Source: a virus
Taxonomy: Duplodnaviria > Caudoviricetes
IMG/VR virus record: IMGVR_UViG_3300026519_000012
Coordinates: 751-64,750 of that record
Direction: 5' to 3' (one strand)
DNA length: 64,000 nt
In this document: positions 10,098 to 20,356 of the stretch, in pieces
Layout: each line of letters starts with the position of its first letter
Position numbering within the stretch: the stretch's first letter is position 1
Position numbers and translations under genes: made by a program
The notes under the pieces: generated by a model
Databases searched by the model: none
Told to the model about the DNA's origin: nothing
Seen by the model: the letters and a program-made list of their open reading frames with translations, nothing else

Positions 10098-11620
10098 AAA
10101 TCAACCTCCCCATCGTTGCTGACATGCATATCAATCAGTTCTCTGGCGCTGTCATCACTGAACTAGAGTCTGGCATGACCAATGGTGTATTTATAGCCGA
10201 TGGCAAGGGCGGTTATGTAACTCAGCGCCCCTCGTTTGACATGTTTGAAGATGCGAGCACGCACGTATCAGATGCAAGGGGAAGGGCGATCACTTACTGG
10301 GATGGCAACACTTCACTTTATATACTCAATAACGGCACGCTGTTTAAGAACTCTCAATCGAATCCAATTAGCACGTTGCCGACTAGCGGGACTAAGAAGT
10401 GTAAGTTCGTGGTACTTGATACGTTGCTTTGCCTGTTTGATGCTGAAAATGGTCAGGGTTTTACCATTACCACCGGTGATGTGGTGACCGAGATCACTGA
10501 TGTTGATTTTCCACCGAAACAAACACCTTCGGTTGGTTTAGCATTTGGCGCGGTGGTGCTCGATGGCTATGTCTTTGTGCTCGGTGAAAACGGGGTGATT
10601 TATAACTCTAATCTGGAAGTTGCCAGTGCGTGGGCTGCGCTTGATTTCCTTAATGCAGAGCGTGAGCCCGACGGGGGGGCTTATATCGGCAAGCATCACG
10701 ATCACGTAGTGGTGCTGGGCGTACGCACCACTGAGTTCTTTTATAATCAGGCAAATCAGGCGGGTAGCCCTCTGGGTAGGCGTCAAGATGTTGCCTATAG
10801 TACCGGCTGTTCTGCGGGTGAGTCGGTGTGGGAGATTGGCGACCGCATGTTCTTTGTCGGCACCAATGAAAGCGGGGCCCTGGGTGTTTATACGCTGGAG
10901 AATTTTCAGATTCGGAAAGTATCGACATCCACTATTGATTCATTCTTGACGCAAGCAACTGTTAAAGAAGGCTATGAGCTAATGGGTAGCGGTCTTTCTG
11001 CGCAGGGGCATGTGTTTTATACCCTGACGCTGCATTCCACGCCGGGCAATATCTTGCCAGAAATTACGCTGGTGTTTGATGATGTCAGCCGGTTGTGGGG
11101 CGAATGGAAGACCGTTCTGGGTGGCCACTCAACACTTCCATTAGTTGATTGGACGGTGCGTCGCGGAATAATTTCGCGCTATGGTGAGGGTGTTCTGTCA
11201 AACGGCGATCTAGTTACGATTAATGATGATTTAACTCCAAACGATTCACTGCTCGAATTTAGTCTAGTTGAAGATGGCATTGTTGAAATCGGCATCCTCG
11301 AATCAAATACAGGATCAGGCTCACCTCTTACCATGAAAATTAGGCTAGGGCACTTTGATGGCAATACTGATAATAAAAAGTTCCTGTCTGAACTTCGGCC
11401 GGTTTGCAATAAAACGGTCGCGCCGCAAAATCTCATTGTCCGCTGGGCAAGTGAAAACAACAACTCATTCAGCGCGGGGCGCGTGATCGACATGAGTAAG
11501 TTTAATCGCATAAAGCGGATAGGCTGCTTCAGGCGCAGAAATCACGAGATTGAATACAGCGGCGCCGAGGTAATCAGACTCAGGCGGCTTGAAGGTCAGC
11601 TTTCGTTGGGGTCGTCGTAA
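10094..11620 (+). CDS. DNA stabilization/tail hub protein, P22 gp10-like
   Basis: ~500 aa beta-propeller-like; AEREPD, GHVFYTLT, TLVFD motifs; follows gp4. Confidence 0.8.
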   Translation: MKINLPIVADMHINQFSGAVITELESGMTNGVFIADGKGGYVTQRPSFDMFEDASTHVSDARGRAITYWDGNTSLYILNNGTLFKNSQSNPISTLPTSGTKKCKFVVLDTLLCLFDAENGQGFTITTGDVVTEITDVDFPPKQTPSVGLAFGAVVLDGYVFVLGENGVIYNSNLEVASAWAALDFLNAEREPDGGAYIGKHHDHVVVLGVRTTEFFYNQANQAGSPLGRRQDVAYSTGCSAGESVWEIGDRMFFVGTNESGALGVYTLENFQIRKVSTSTIDSFLTQATVKEGYELMGSGLSAQGHVFYTLTLHSTPGNILPEITLVFDDVSRLWGEWKTVLGGHSTLPLVDWTVRRGIISRYGEGVLSNGDLVTINDDLTPNDSLLEFSLVEDGIVEIGILESNTGSGSPLTMKIRLGHFDGNTDNKKFLSELRPVCNKTVAPQNLIVRWASENNNSFSAGRVIDMSKFNRIKRIGCFRRRNHEIEYSGAEVIRLRRLEGQLSLGSS

Positions 11621-12021
11621 TGGGGTTACGAATTGAGCCACCCCCGCAGATAACCGAGTTTAATCATATTTGGCGGCGATGGATTTATGGTTTATATCAA
11701 AGCTTAAAAGAACAAGAAGAGTGGCTTGCCCCTGCCCTTGAGAATGGCTGGGTGAATTTCGGCGCCCCCTTTAGTAGCGCGGGGTACATGCTAGATTCAA
11801 TGGGCTTCGTGCATCTAAGAGGCGTTATTAGAACCGGCACTTTCGCCGCTGCTGCTTTTACACTGCCTGCTGGCTACCAGCCTGAAAGCGACAAAGTATT
11901 CAGTACATCGTCGAATAACTCATTTGGAAGTTTAACCGTAACCTTAGCCGGGGCAGTGGTGCCTCAAGTGGGTAGCGATACTTCTTTTTCACTCGACGGT
12001 ATTATTTTCAAGACCGCTTAA
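11620..12021 (+). CDS. Tail needle/small tail protein with receptor-binding-type C-terminal domain
   Basis: gp26 position; LENGW...GFVHLRG...FTLPAGYQP motif common in tail-tip domains. Confidence 0.55.
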   Translation: MGLRIEPPPQITEFNHIWRRWIYGLYQSLKEQEEWLAPALENGWVNFGAPFSSAGYMLDSMGFVHLRGVIRTGTFAAAAFTLPAGYQPESDKVFSTSSNNSFGSLTVTLAGAVVPQVGSDTSFSLDGIIFKTA

Positions 12022-12037
12022 TAAGAGATGATTTAAA

Positions 12038-13513
12038 ATGCCAACGATAACACTACCCACCCAAAAAGGCAGCGCGCTTAATGCAACAGAGTTCGAGGAC
12101 AACCATAGGCGGACTGTTGTTCAGAAAACTGCCAACTACTCCCTACTTGAATCTGACAATCGTAATTTGATTGAGTGTAATTCAGCGTCGCCTGTCACGC
12201 TAACGCTGGGAACCGCTAGCACCATGGCCGGTGCCGACACTGGTGATTACGAGGTGTCGTTCGTAAACATCGGCTCAGGCGTCTGTACTATCGTTGGTGA
12301 CGGGGTGGACACCATCGATGGCTCAGTATCGAGCATTGCGCTGTCACAATATGAATCAGTAGTGCTAAAAGTTATTAGCGCTGGCACCGGCTACGTCTCA
12401 ATTGGAGGCGGGAGTATTCTAGGGTTAACGGCAACTGTTGACGAGCTGAACATCCTTGACGGAGTGACTTCTACTACTGCGGAGCTGAACATCCTTGACG
12501 GAGTGACTTCTACCGCTGCAGAGCTGAACATTCTTGACGGAGTGACTTCTACCGCTGCAGAGCTGAACATTCTTGACGGAGTGACTTCTACCGCTGCAGA
12601 GCTGAACATCCTTGACGGAGTGACTTCTACCGCTGCAGAGCTGAACATCCTTGACGGAGTGACTTCTACCGCTGCAGAGCTGAACATTCTTGACGGAGTG
12701 ACTGCATCAACGGCTGAGCTGAATTATACTGAAGGCGTCACTTCTTCAATTCAAAACCAGCTAGATGGAAAAGCAGGGATAGGAGTTAATAATAATTTTA
12801 CAGGGCAGCAAAGAATTACTAACACTGCGCCTACCTTGTTCTTACATGAGACAGGCGTAGCGGCAGATAGCGGGAAATATTATTTTCAGGCGGATAGCAC
12901 TGACCTGACTTTGTTTTTGATGAATGACGTAGAAACTGCATCAACTCCAGTAATGCAGTTTGCTAGAACGGGTATAAATAGTGATGCAATTGATTTTACT
13001 GCGGATAATTTTCGGATTAATGGTGAGTCGGTTGCTACACAATCACCTGCCGTGCCCGGCTATGTCAAAGGCAAAGCGGTTTATGTATCAGCTACAGGGG
13101 ACAACGGGTTAGGTATAAACATTGCTTCTAGCGCCGTTATGGATGCATGGGAGTCTTACGGCCCGACAGGTTCCGGCGCGAGTAACATCATGGCGGATCT
13201 AGACGTACTCCCGGCAGGAGCTACTTGGGTAGAGTTATCTATACGATTGCTTATCCGCCGGATTTCAGCTCCCGATACATTAGTGGCTGTTTACGCACGG
13301 CCTACAGGTAGTACGGCTAATGGGATACTCACTTCAGTGGTTCTTCATGAAGCGCAGACGGATGCTGGTGAGATAAATGTGTATTTTCTACATCGGTCTA
13401 TAAAGGTTGCGCTCGATGCGCAAAACCGTTTTGAACTTAAGTGGGATATCCCTGCATCTGGAACGGTACTATCCCAAGGTATTATAGCCATAGTCACAGG
13501 CTTCGGTGCCTAA
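12038..13513 (+). CDS. Tail fibre (phage A) with 13-aa repeat shaft
   Basis: ELNILDGVTSTAA repeats followed by SIQNQLDGK; C-terminal ~240 aa shared with 44832..46226. Confidence 0.8.
   Translation: MPTITLPTQKGSALNATEFEDNHRRTVVQKTANYSLLESDNRNLIECNSASPVTLTLGTASTMAGADTGDYEVSFVNIGSGVCTIVGDGVDTIDGSVSSIALSQYESVVLKVISAGTGYVSIGGGSILGLTATVDELNILDGVTSTTAELNILDGVTSTAAELNILDGVTSTAAELNILDGVTSTAAELNILDGVTSTAAELNILDGVTSTAAELNILDGVTASTAELNYTEGVTSSIQNQLDGKAGIGVNNNFTGQQRITNTAPTLFLHETGVAADSGKYYFQADSTDLTLFLMNDVETASTPVMQFARTGINSDAIDFTADNFRINGESVATQSPAVPGYVKGKAVYVSATGDNGLGINIASSAVMDAWESYGPTGSGASNIMADLDVLPAGATWVELSIRLLIRRISAPDTLVAVYARPTGSTANGILTSVVLHEAQTDAGEINVYFLHRSIKVALDAQNRFELKWDIPASGTVLSQGIIAIVTGFGA
12443..12715 (+). 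repeat. 39-bp tandem repeat x7 (coding)
   Basis: GAGCTGAACATYCTTGACGGAGTGACTTCTACCGCTGCA units. Confidence 0.95.
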
Positions 13514-13516
13514 ATA

Positions 13517-13711
13517 ATGAACCAAGATAAAATAGAAATAGCAAAAAACGTAGGCGACGCGGTAGTAATACCGACTGGCGTTGTGGTGTCAATAAGCTAT
13601 TGGATCACTGATATTATCAATCCATTGATAACAGCGCTGATAGGCTTAATGACTATAATTTGGCTTTTTTATAGGATCAAAGAGAGTAAGCGCATCACGA
13701 AGGCACCTTAA
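13517..13711 (+). CDS. Putative holin / small membrane protein
   Basis: 64 aa with hydrophobic segments and a basic C-terminus. Confidence 0.55.
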   Translation: MNQDKIEIAKNVGDAVVIPTGVVVSISYWITDIINPLITALIGLMTIIWLFYRIKESKRITKAP

Positions 13712-13768
13712 TGAGCGACCTTATTATTACATCGCTATCATATAAACCCGTTACAAGGTAGGAATGAA

Positions 13769-14233
13769 ATGTTGATCGATAAATTTTTCATAATAGGGCT
13801 GCCAAGGAGTAGAACCTACTGGCTAAGTCAGTTTTTTGGCTGTCTCCACGAAGGCGTTTATCACTACCCAGATTACAGGGATTTTCTTAAGTCTGACCAT
13901 ACTGGTGATAGCACTACTTGTTATTTGCAGATAAAGGATCTAATCAAGGATGAGAGAAAAGTAATCATACATAGGGATATTAAAGATGTTGGAGATTCTC
14001 TTGTTGAGCTGTTTGGGAAGTTTGATTGTAGCTTTCTGAAGGATATTGAAAAAGAATTACTAGAAGAAGATGGGCTTCATGTCCAATTTGATGACATTAG
14101 CTCACGGTTAGAGGAGATATGGGATTACTGTAGAAGCGATGAATTCCCAAAAGAAAAAGCACTAAAAATGGACGACGTGATAATGGAAAACCATTTTTTA
14201 ATTGGAGAGGTAAAGAAGCTTGTCATCTTATAA
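13769..14233 (+). CDS. Sulfotransferase-like P-loop protein
   Basis: N-terminal FFIIGLPRSRTYWL resembles the PAPS-binding loop; VIIHRD. Confidence 0.6.
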   Translation: MLIDKFFIIGLPRSRTYWLSQFFGCLHEGVYHYPDYRDFLKSDHTGDSTTCYLQIKDLIKDERKVIIHRDIKDVGDSLVELFGKFDCSFLKDIEKELLEEDGLHVQFDDISSRLEEIWDYCRSDEFPKEKALKMDDVIMENHFLIGEVKKLVIL

Positions 14234-14789
14234 GAAGCTTGATTTAAGGCTTAATGTCCAGCCGCTCAAGGAAGCCTTGGAGCGCAGGAGCGACTTATTC
14301 GGCAAGTATGATTACCGGGCGACTTCTGAAGGATCGCCACACTCGGAAATGAAAGATATCTGGGTGAGATATAAAGACGTTGCGCCACATATAAAATCGG
14401 GAGATTTCTCTAGCTTCGCTAACGAACATGACTCTATCTGGTATCAGGTATACCGGGATCTACCGGAGACAAAAGAGATTATATTTTCTGTAATGAACGC
14501 AGTAAATGGCGAACGACTTGGCGGCGTGTTAATCACAAAATTACCCCCCGGCGGTAAGATAAAGAAACATGTTGACGGTGGGTGGCACGCTGAGTATTAC
14601 GATAAATATTACGTGCCTGTTAAAAACGAAGACGGCGCTATATTTTCGTTTGAAGACGGGGTCATCGCCCCGGCGGAGGGTGACGTGTACTGGTTTGATA
14701 ATTCTAAACCTCACTGGGTAGAAAACAACTCTGATTCGGAGAGAATTGCTATGGTTATTTGTATAAGAACTGATGGAGTAGAAAGCTAA
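14220..14789 (+). CDS. Aspartyl/asparaginyl beta-hydroxylase-like 2OG-Fe(II) oxygenase
   Basis: LPPGGKIKKHVD (HxD) ... WFDNSKPHWVENNSDSERI (distal His, Arg). Confidence 0.8.
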   Translation: MSSYKKLDLRLNVQPLKEALERRSDLFGKYDYRATSEGSPHSEMKDIWVRYKDVAPHIKSGDFSSFANEHDSIWYQVYRDLPETKEIIFSVMNAVNGERLGGVLITKLPPGGKIKKHVDGGWHAEYYDKYYVPVKNEDGAIFSFEDGVIAPAEGDVYWFDNSKPHWVENNSDSERIAMVICIRTDGVES

Positions 14790-16225
14790 TGCCTTGGGGA
14801 GCAGCAGCGGTTATAGGTGGCGCGCTAGTATCCGGCTACGCATCAAATCGCGCGGCAGGAAAAGCGGCAGACGCATCACAATACGCCACTGACAGCGCTA
14901 ACAGGCTATCTGAGCGGCAGTTCGATATGGTACGTGGCGACACGGCACAAGCAAGGGCTGCAGGTGGTGAGGCGGGTGCCGAGCTATCACGATCGCTAGG
15001 CCTTAGGACGCCGATCCCTGAAGCTTTTAACAGGCAAGCGGCAATCAGAGAGGAGATCAGGAGGTTACGCGATCGAACGGGGGACGAATGGCGAAACTAT
15101 GGCTTCACTGGGCAGTACGCTATTGAAGATGAGCGCTCTAGGCAGATCAGAGAGCTTGAGAATGAAAGTGATAATTTAACGCTTTATGACGAAGCCCAGC
15201 CATTAGAAGGCGAAGTCCTGCCACAGTTTGGCGTTGAATTTAACTATAGCGGCGAAGGGCCTCAGTTTGAATACGGCGGCTCTCAGCCGGAATTTAATGA
15301 TGCTAGTCGATTAAGCCAGTTTCAGAATCAGGGTGAGAATCTGCAAAGTTTTGAAACGGATCAAGAGGTTTCGCAGTTCGGCCAAGGTGACCGGTTCGAG
15401 TATGACCTCGAAGGCGATGCTGGCTATCAGTTTGCTCGTGATGAGGCAATCAAGGCCACCGGACGAGTCTCTGCAGCACAAGGCAAGCGCGGCAGTGGTA
15501 ACCGGCTGGCAGAGGTCGCAGACCGCGTGACGGGCGTTGCATCGCAGTATGCTGACCAAGCTTTTAACCGACAGGTTAGAGCTTCCGCTGAGAACTACGG
15601 CCGAGACGTAAATGAATTCGGCCTTCAGCGCGCGGGTGATACTGAAGCGTACGGGCGAGAGCGTGGCGAATTCGCCATTGATTATGGCCGAAACATTGAT
15701 CAGTACGAGCGCGATATCGGGGCTTTCAACGTAAACACTGGAGTGGCAGATCGCAACTATGGCCGAGAGCTAACGAGGTACGAAATCGCTCGAGGAAGAG
15801 AGGGTGAAGGCTATAATCGGGCAAATCGCCTCTATGAAGTCCGAACGGCTGAGGATAACCGAGAATATCAACGCGCGGGCGATGAATATAATCGTGGTTT
15901 CACAAGGTTTGGTGTTGAGACTGATCAGAATCGGGAGCTATACGGCCGTCGCCAAGATCGATTAAATCGACTTGCAAGTATGGCGGGAGCTGGGCAAACG
16001 GCAGTCAGTCAAAGTGCAAGCGCAGGTAGCAACTATGTCAATGCTGCCAGCAACAATCTGATGGCAAATGCTCAGAATCAGGGGAATGCCGCGATGGTTA
16101 AATATCAAGGCCTAAACAATGCAGCACAAGCTGGGATCTCTAACATGTTAAGTTACAACCAGCAGCAGCAAAATAACCAGATGATGCAACAGTGGCTGAA
16201 CCAGCAGCCGGGGGCGCTAAGATGA
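14789..16225 (+). CDS. DNA ejection protein (P22 gp7-like)
   Basis: Gly/Ala-rich N-terminus MPWGAAAVIGGAL, AGYQF...GSGN and LNRLASMAGAG motifs. Confidence 0.7.
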   Translation: MPWGAAAVIGGALVSGYASNRAAGKAADASQYATDSANRLSERQFDMVRGDTAQARAAGGEAGAELSRSLGLRTPIPEAFNRQAAIREEIRRLRDRTGDEWRNYGFTGQYAIEDERSRQIRELENESDNLTLYDEAQPLEGEVLPQFGVEFNYSGEGPQFEYGGSQPEFNDASRLSQFQNQGENLQSFETDQEVSQFGQGDRFEYDLEGDAGYQFARDEAIKATGRVSAAQGKRGSGNRLAEVADRVTGVASQYADQAFNRQVRASAENYGRDVNEFGLQRAGDTEAYGRERGEFAIDYGRNIDQYERDIGAFNVNTGVADRNYGRELTRYEIARGREGEGYNRANRLYEVRTAEDNREYQRAGDEYNRGFTRFGVETDQNRELYGRRQDRLNRLASMAGAGQTAVSQSASAGSNYVNAASNNLMANAQNQGNAAMVKYQGLNNAAQAGISNMLSYNQQQQNNQMMQQWLNQQPGALR

Positions 16226-17382
16226 GCGGCTTTAAGGTATTTGATTACAATCAGGCCATCGGTGGTGCAAACCAGAGCAGCCGAAATAGACTTTCGATGA
16301 TGCAGGGTATGCAGTCGATGACTGATCGCAGGGAAGATCGGCAATATAATCGGCAGAGTCAAAACCGACTATCTGAAATCAGGGACAATCAGGAGAACCG
16401 CGCGCAGGCTCAATTCGACCAGAAACAGCAGATTGAGAATACAAAGTTTTTCTACCAAGGAATGACCGAAGTCGCCAGAGATCCATCGCGTGCCCAGTAT
16501 TGGGCGGATGAACTTAAGAAGCGTGGTATCGCTGATTTTGACATCTCAAAAGGGACCCCAGAGCAATTACAGCAAGGGGCGGCTAAGCAGGCAGATGCAC
16601 TTCGTAAATCATTGGAGGCCATTGGTGAGATTGCGCCTGAGCCACGGGAGAAATACGGGCAACCTGTTGCGGGCGTGGGGCCGAGTGGTAATCCCGAATT
16701 TCAGCGCTTTGGTGACCGAGGTAGCGCCCAGATTGTCAATGATTTCGTGCCGAGCAAGAAAGTCCCGCTGGTGAGCATAAATAAGGGCGAAGACAAGTAC
16801 GCGACGGAGAGAATGAAGTTGCAGGCTCAGGGTATTAATGACTTAGGGAAAAATGCTAGCGCGGCGTACAAGTCATCCATGGCGATGGATCGGTTTACCA
16901 AGGCATCCGAAAAAGGAACAGAAGGCGGTGCCCAGCCAGTTATAACGGCGGTAAAGAACCTTTTAACCTCTTTTGGGTATGATGACAAACAGTTGGCGGA
17001 AGTAAGAATCATGGAGCAGGCGATCAATGACGTGCTTGCAAATAAGATGGCAACATTGGGTGCCCGCGGGCTGACTGACAGTGATATGAATATACTCAAG
17101 GCGTCGCTACCTAGAGTTGCTACTGATCGCAATTCGAGGCTCGAAGTAGCTCGAATATTGAAAATCCTCAACGATTTTGAAATTGATGAGTATATTGCCG
17201 AACTTGATGAAGAGAAGAGAATTAACCCTGAGCTAGCTAAGCGGATAATGGAACCGAGGTGGCTTAGGTTTTATAAAGCAGAAAAGGCCAAGGAGGCGAA
17301 GGGCAAGGATGGAGCGCCGCCGCCCTCAACCGATCAGCCCCCCCCCTCAATTGATGACCTGGTGAATAAATATGCCAACTAG
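16222..17382 (+). CDS. DNA ejection protein (gp20 position)
   Basis: Likely start MSGFK (ATGA overlap at 16222); helical and Q-rich. Confidence 0.6.
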   Translation: MSGFKVFDYNQAIGGANQSSRNRLSMMQGMQSMTDRREDRQYNRQSQNRLSEIRDNQENRAQAQFDQKQQIENTKFFYQGMTEVARDPSRAQYWADELKKRGIADFDISKGTPEQLQQGAAKQADALRKSLEAIGEIAPEPREKYGQPVAGVGPSGNPEFQRFGDRGSAQIVNDFVPSKKVPLVSINKGEDKYATERMKLQAQGINDLGKNASAAYKSSMAMDRFTKASEKGTEGGAQPVITAVKNLLTSFGYDDKQLAEVRIMEQAINDVLANKMATLGARGLTDSDMNILKASLPRVATDRNSRLEVARILKILNDFEIDEYIAELDEEKRINPELAKRIMEPRWLRFYKAEKAKEAKGKDGAPPPSTDQPPPSIDDLVNKYAN

Positions 17383-19186
17383 AGAGCAGCTCGAATCAGC
17401 GCTAATAAATGCTGATAAGGCTGGAGACATTAACGCTGCAAAGCAACTTGCAATGGCAATCAAGCAAGGAGGTGAGATAGTCCAGCCACCTCAAGAGGTG
17501 CCACCCAAAGACCCAGCTGAAGTGTACTCAGGATTCATACAGGGACTTAGAGATCCGGTTGACGGGCTTGCTCAGCTTTTATACGAGGCATTGCCAGAAG
17601 GGGTTAGAGAGTCAGGGGACGCTTTAAATAATTGGCTTTCTGAGAAAACAGGTTTTATTGAAAAAATCCCTGAAGGTGGGTTTACTCAATTGCTAAAAGA
17701 CAAAGAAGCGAGGTACCAAGCCGGTCGAGTTAAAGAAGGAGACGAGGGCGCTGATCTGGACAGAATTGGAGGAAACTTCGTTTCAATGGCGGTTCCGGGC
17801 GCACAAGTTCGCGCAGTCAGCGCGCTGGGAAAAGTCGCTCAGGGAGCGGCTTTGGGCGCAGGATATGGCGCGGCGTTGCCAACCTATGGTGATGAGTTCT
17901 GGGTAGAAAAAGGCATGCAGGCCGCGATTGGTTCTGCTGCCGGAGGCGCCCTATCGGCCAGCGGTGTTGCCGCTGGAAAAGCCATCGATGCAGGGAAGCG
18001 CATTTTACGACCTATGACTTCTGGCGGAAGAAAGGCTGATGTCACTGACACTTACCAGACTTTAGCCGGGAGTGAAAAAGATAAAATTATTAGCGCGCTA
18101 AAATCAGCAAAAAAAGGGCAAACATCAGCGCAGGCAATCGCCAACGCTAACCGGGGAAGTAACGATGTATTTGGTGCGTCTATTGTCCGCCTAGAGAAGG
18201 ACTTATCAAAAAAATCCCCGATTACCGACAAAATGCGAAGTGTTTACAAAAAACAATCAATGGATCGAAAAAGGTCTCTTGATAAGATCGCAAAAACAGA
18301 TGGTGACCTTGCCGAAGCAATAAAACAAAGAGATAGCAAGGCCGCTCCTTACTATGATGCGGCTCGGAAGTCCAGCAATAGCATCAATGTCGAAACGCTA
18401 AGAAATAGCATCGATGGAGTTATAAGAGACAATATAAACGATACTGCGATCACTATTCCCCTTAAAAATATCCAGAGAAAGCTAAAGGATGCAACGCCAA
18501 GAGGGCTTATTTCAACGTCAAGCCATATCAAGCGCCTAATGAACAAAACAATAGACGGGAAAAATGTCTATGACAAAAAAGTGCTGACTGAGATCAAGGA
18601 AGCGCTGGATAAGAGTATTGAGAAAAGCGTTGCTGATTACGACATTGCTAGAGAGATTATCAGGAGAGAATCTGTCCCCATAAATCGAATGAAAGTCGGC
18701 CAAGAGCTTAAAAAATCGCTTATTGATGCCACCGAGCAAGAGAAGGCACGGCCGTTTGTGAACGCACTAAGGGAGGCGCCTAGAACAGTTAAGCGCGCCA
18801 CCGGGTTTACGGGCAATAACACGCTTGAAAACATTTCGAGCAGGGCCGAAATGGAGACATTTTATAAAATAAGGGATGAGCTGCTAACTGACGAGAGCAT
18901 GAGTAGACTTGCAAAAGGCGTCGACGGTGTTTTATCTGACATTTCTACGCAGTCAAAACCTCAACTGCCAAACGCTCTTGTCAGAGAGATTATGATAGCC
19001 AATCATCTGTTGAAAAGACTGGCGCACAAAGATTATGGAGCCGATTACCAGCGAATGATGCTTGACCTGCAAAAAAACCCAAAGTTGCTTGCAAAAGTGC
19101 TTCAGACAGAAAAGGACAGGAAGGTTCAGTCAGCAGTAATCAGATTGGTTGGTGAAGGCGCCGTTGTTTCAGCAGTGCCGCAATGA
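17372..19186 (+). CDS. DNA ejection protein (gp16 position)
   Basis: ALINADKAGD..AAKQLA N-terminus and Gly/Ala-rich membrane-like segments. Confidence 0.65.
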   Translation: MPTREQLESALINADKAGDINAAKQLAMAIKQGGEIVQPPQEVPPKDPAEVYSGFIQGLRDPVDGLAQLLYEALPEGVRESGDALNNWLSEKTGFIEKIPEGGFTQLLKDKEARYQAGRVKEGDEGADLDRIGGNFVSMAVPGAQVRAVSALGKVAQGAALGAGYGAALPTYGDEFWVEKGMQAAIGSAAGGALSASGVAAGKAIDAGKRILRPMTSGGRKADVTDTYQTLAGSEKDKIISALKSAKKGQTSAQAIANANRGSNDVFGASIVRLEKDLSKKSPITDKMRSVYKKQSMDRKRSLDKIAKTDGDLAEAIKQRDSKAAPYYDAARKSSNSINVETLRNSIDGVIRDNINDTAITIPLKNIQRKLKDATPRGLISTSSHIKRLMNKTIDGKNVYDKKVLTEIKEALDKSIEKSVADYDIAREIIRRESVPINRMKVGQELKKSLIDATEQEKARPFVNALREAPRTVKRATGFTGNNTLENISSRAEMETFYKIRDELLTDESMSRLAKGVDGVLSDISTQSKPQLPNALVREIMIANHLLKRLAHKDYGADYQRMMLDLQKNPKLLAKVLQTEKDRKVQSAVIRLVGEGAVVSAVPQ

Positions 19187-19364
19187 TCCGCCAAGCATTA
19201 CTTTAAAAGTAACAGTTAGCTTTTTATTTTGTTTAATATTGCCGACTCAATCGTATTTATAGCCGATCCACCCTTAATCATATCAGACGTAACGTTGTAA
19301 TGGCGTTAAAATGTTTGCCGCTCTAATTGTCTAAGCGCGGTATAAAACTGTTCTTCTATCTCGG

Positions 19365-20045
19365 TCATAATCTTTGATCCTCAAACCACTGCTGCATACC
19401 AGTATCATAATTGCTAATGCTGGTGTGGTAATTAATATAATCGCGTCCTAATAAACCATTAACCCAATTTTTAATTTTAGTCCAGCGTGATCTGCGATTG
19501 ATAACGTATGTAATATCAGGGTTGTAATATCCGGGAGGCAGGTGCTCAATCGGGTCGCCGTCATTGATAAAATGTACATTACGCTCCGGGTAATCAGCAG
19601 GTTGATAGCTGTCAACAAATGCCCCCGGTGATGCAAACGTACAGCACTGTGATTTAACACCAATATCAAACAGATCCGTATGTAAATACTGAGCTAACGC
19701 ACCGCCGCGTGAGAATCCAGTGATGTAAATATTTTGTACCTGCTCATTATAATTCATGAGCCAGTTTTCAATGCGCTCGAACATTACGTCATAGCCGCGA
19801 GTAAACCCATGCATACGGCCATCAGATGTTGCGTGAGCGTCGATATTGCGCAACCAGTCCAGATCATCATTGCTGCCTCTAAATGCGATTACAACGCCTA
19901 TGGCGCAATCCACGACTAGCACTGATTCGCCTAAGCCGTCAGCCTCTTTAAATTCAGTAACAAATTTTATGCCCCGAACCGGTGATTTGAACCCTTGAGC
20001 TAATTTCATCACCTGCCAAATTTGTTCGATTTCGTTGTTGTTCAT
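19365..20045 (-). CDS. Lipase class 3 family protein
   Basis: VIAFRGS, GxSxG nucleophile (ITGFSRGGALA), TFASP, DPIEHLPP and distal His. Confidence 0.85.
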   Translation of the reverse strand: MNNNEIEQIWQVMKLAQGFKSPVRGIKFVTEFKEADGLGESVLVVDCAIGVVIAFRGSNDDLDWLRNIDAHATSDGRMHGFTRGYDVMFERIENWLMNYNEQVQNIYITGFSRGGALAQYLHTDLFDIGVKSQCCTFASPGAFVDSYQPADYPERNVHFINDGDPIEHLPPGYYNPDITYVINRRSRWTKIKNWVNGLLGRDYINYHTSISNYDTGMQQWFEDQRL

Positions 20046-20080
20046 TTGCCCCCCCCCTTTTTTTTTGCTTAAAAGTCGAC

Positions 20081-20140
20081 GCAGTAATCTACGCCAATAT
20101 GAGTGTTACACGCCGCATGTCCTGCTACTTACTGTTATGC
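20081..20140 (+). other. attI-like recombination site (phage B copy)
   Basis: Ungapped 46/58 match to 52789-52846, ending at a G|TTRRRY-type core (G at 20134). Confidence 0.55.
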
Positions 20141-20356
20141 ATCGTGCGAATCTGGTATTAATCGCATTTCCCAGCAAATATTCCTAATACTAAACACTAA
20201 TTGTTATATTTTAACAGCCTGCCTTTGCGTAACAGTTTTGTGCTTTTTCTTAGCGCTCTCCACAACGCTTTGTCCTCGTTTTTTGTTAAGTGCCGCTCGC
20301 GCCGCGCGCTATACGTAACGTTATCGCTGCCATGGCCTATTGTTTTACGTGTAATG

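Larger units (their letters stand above)
12788..20047 (+). repeat. ~7.26-kb direct repeat, copy 1
   Basis: Internal ORF translations are identical to 45501-52760 at constant offset 32713; differences were seen only in the first ~150 and last ~100 bp. Confidence 0.97.

Noticed and set aside
12443-12715. 39-bp repeats as a CRISPR array
   Set aside because: The units are head-to-tail with no spacers and are in frame within a tail fibre.
12788-20047. Long repeat as the terminal redundancy of a single phage
   Set aside because: The copies are flanked by non-homologous head and replication modules from two different phages.
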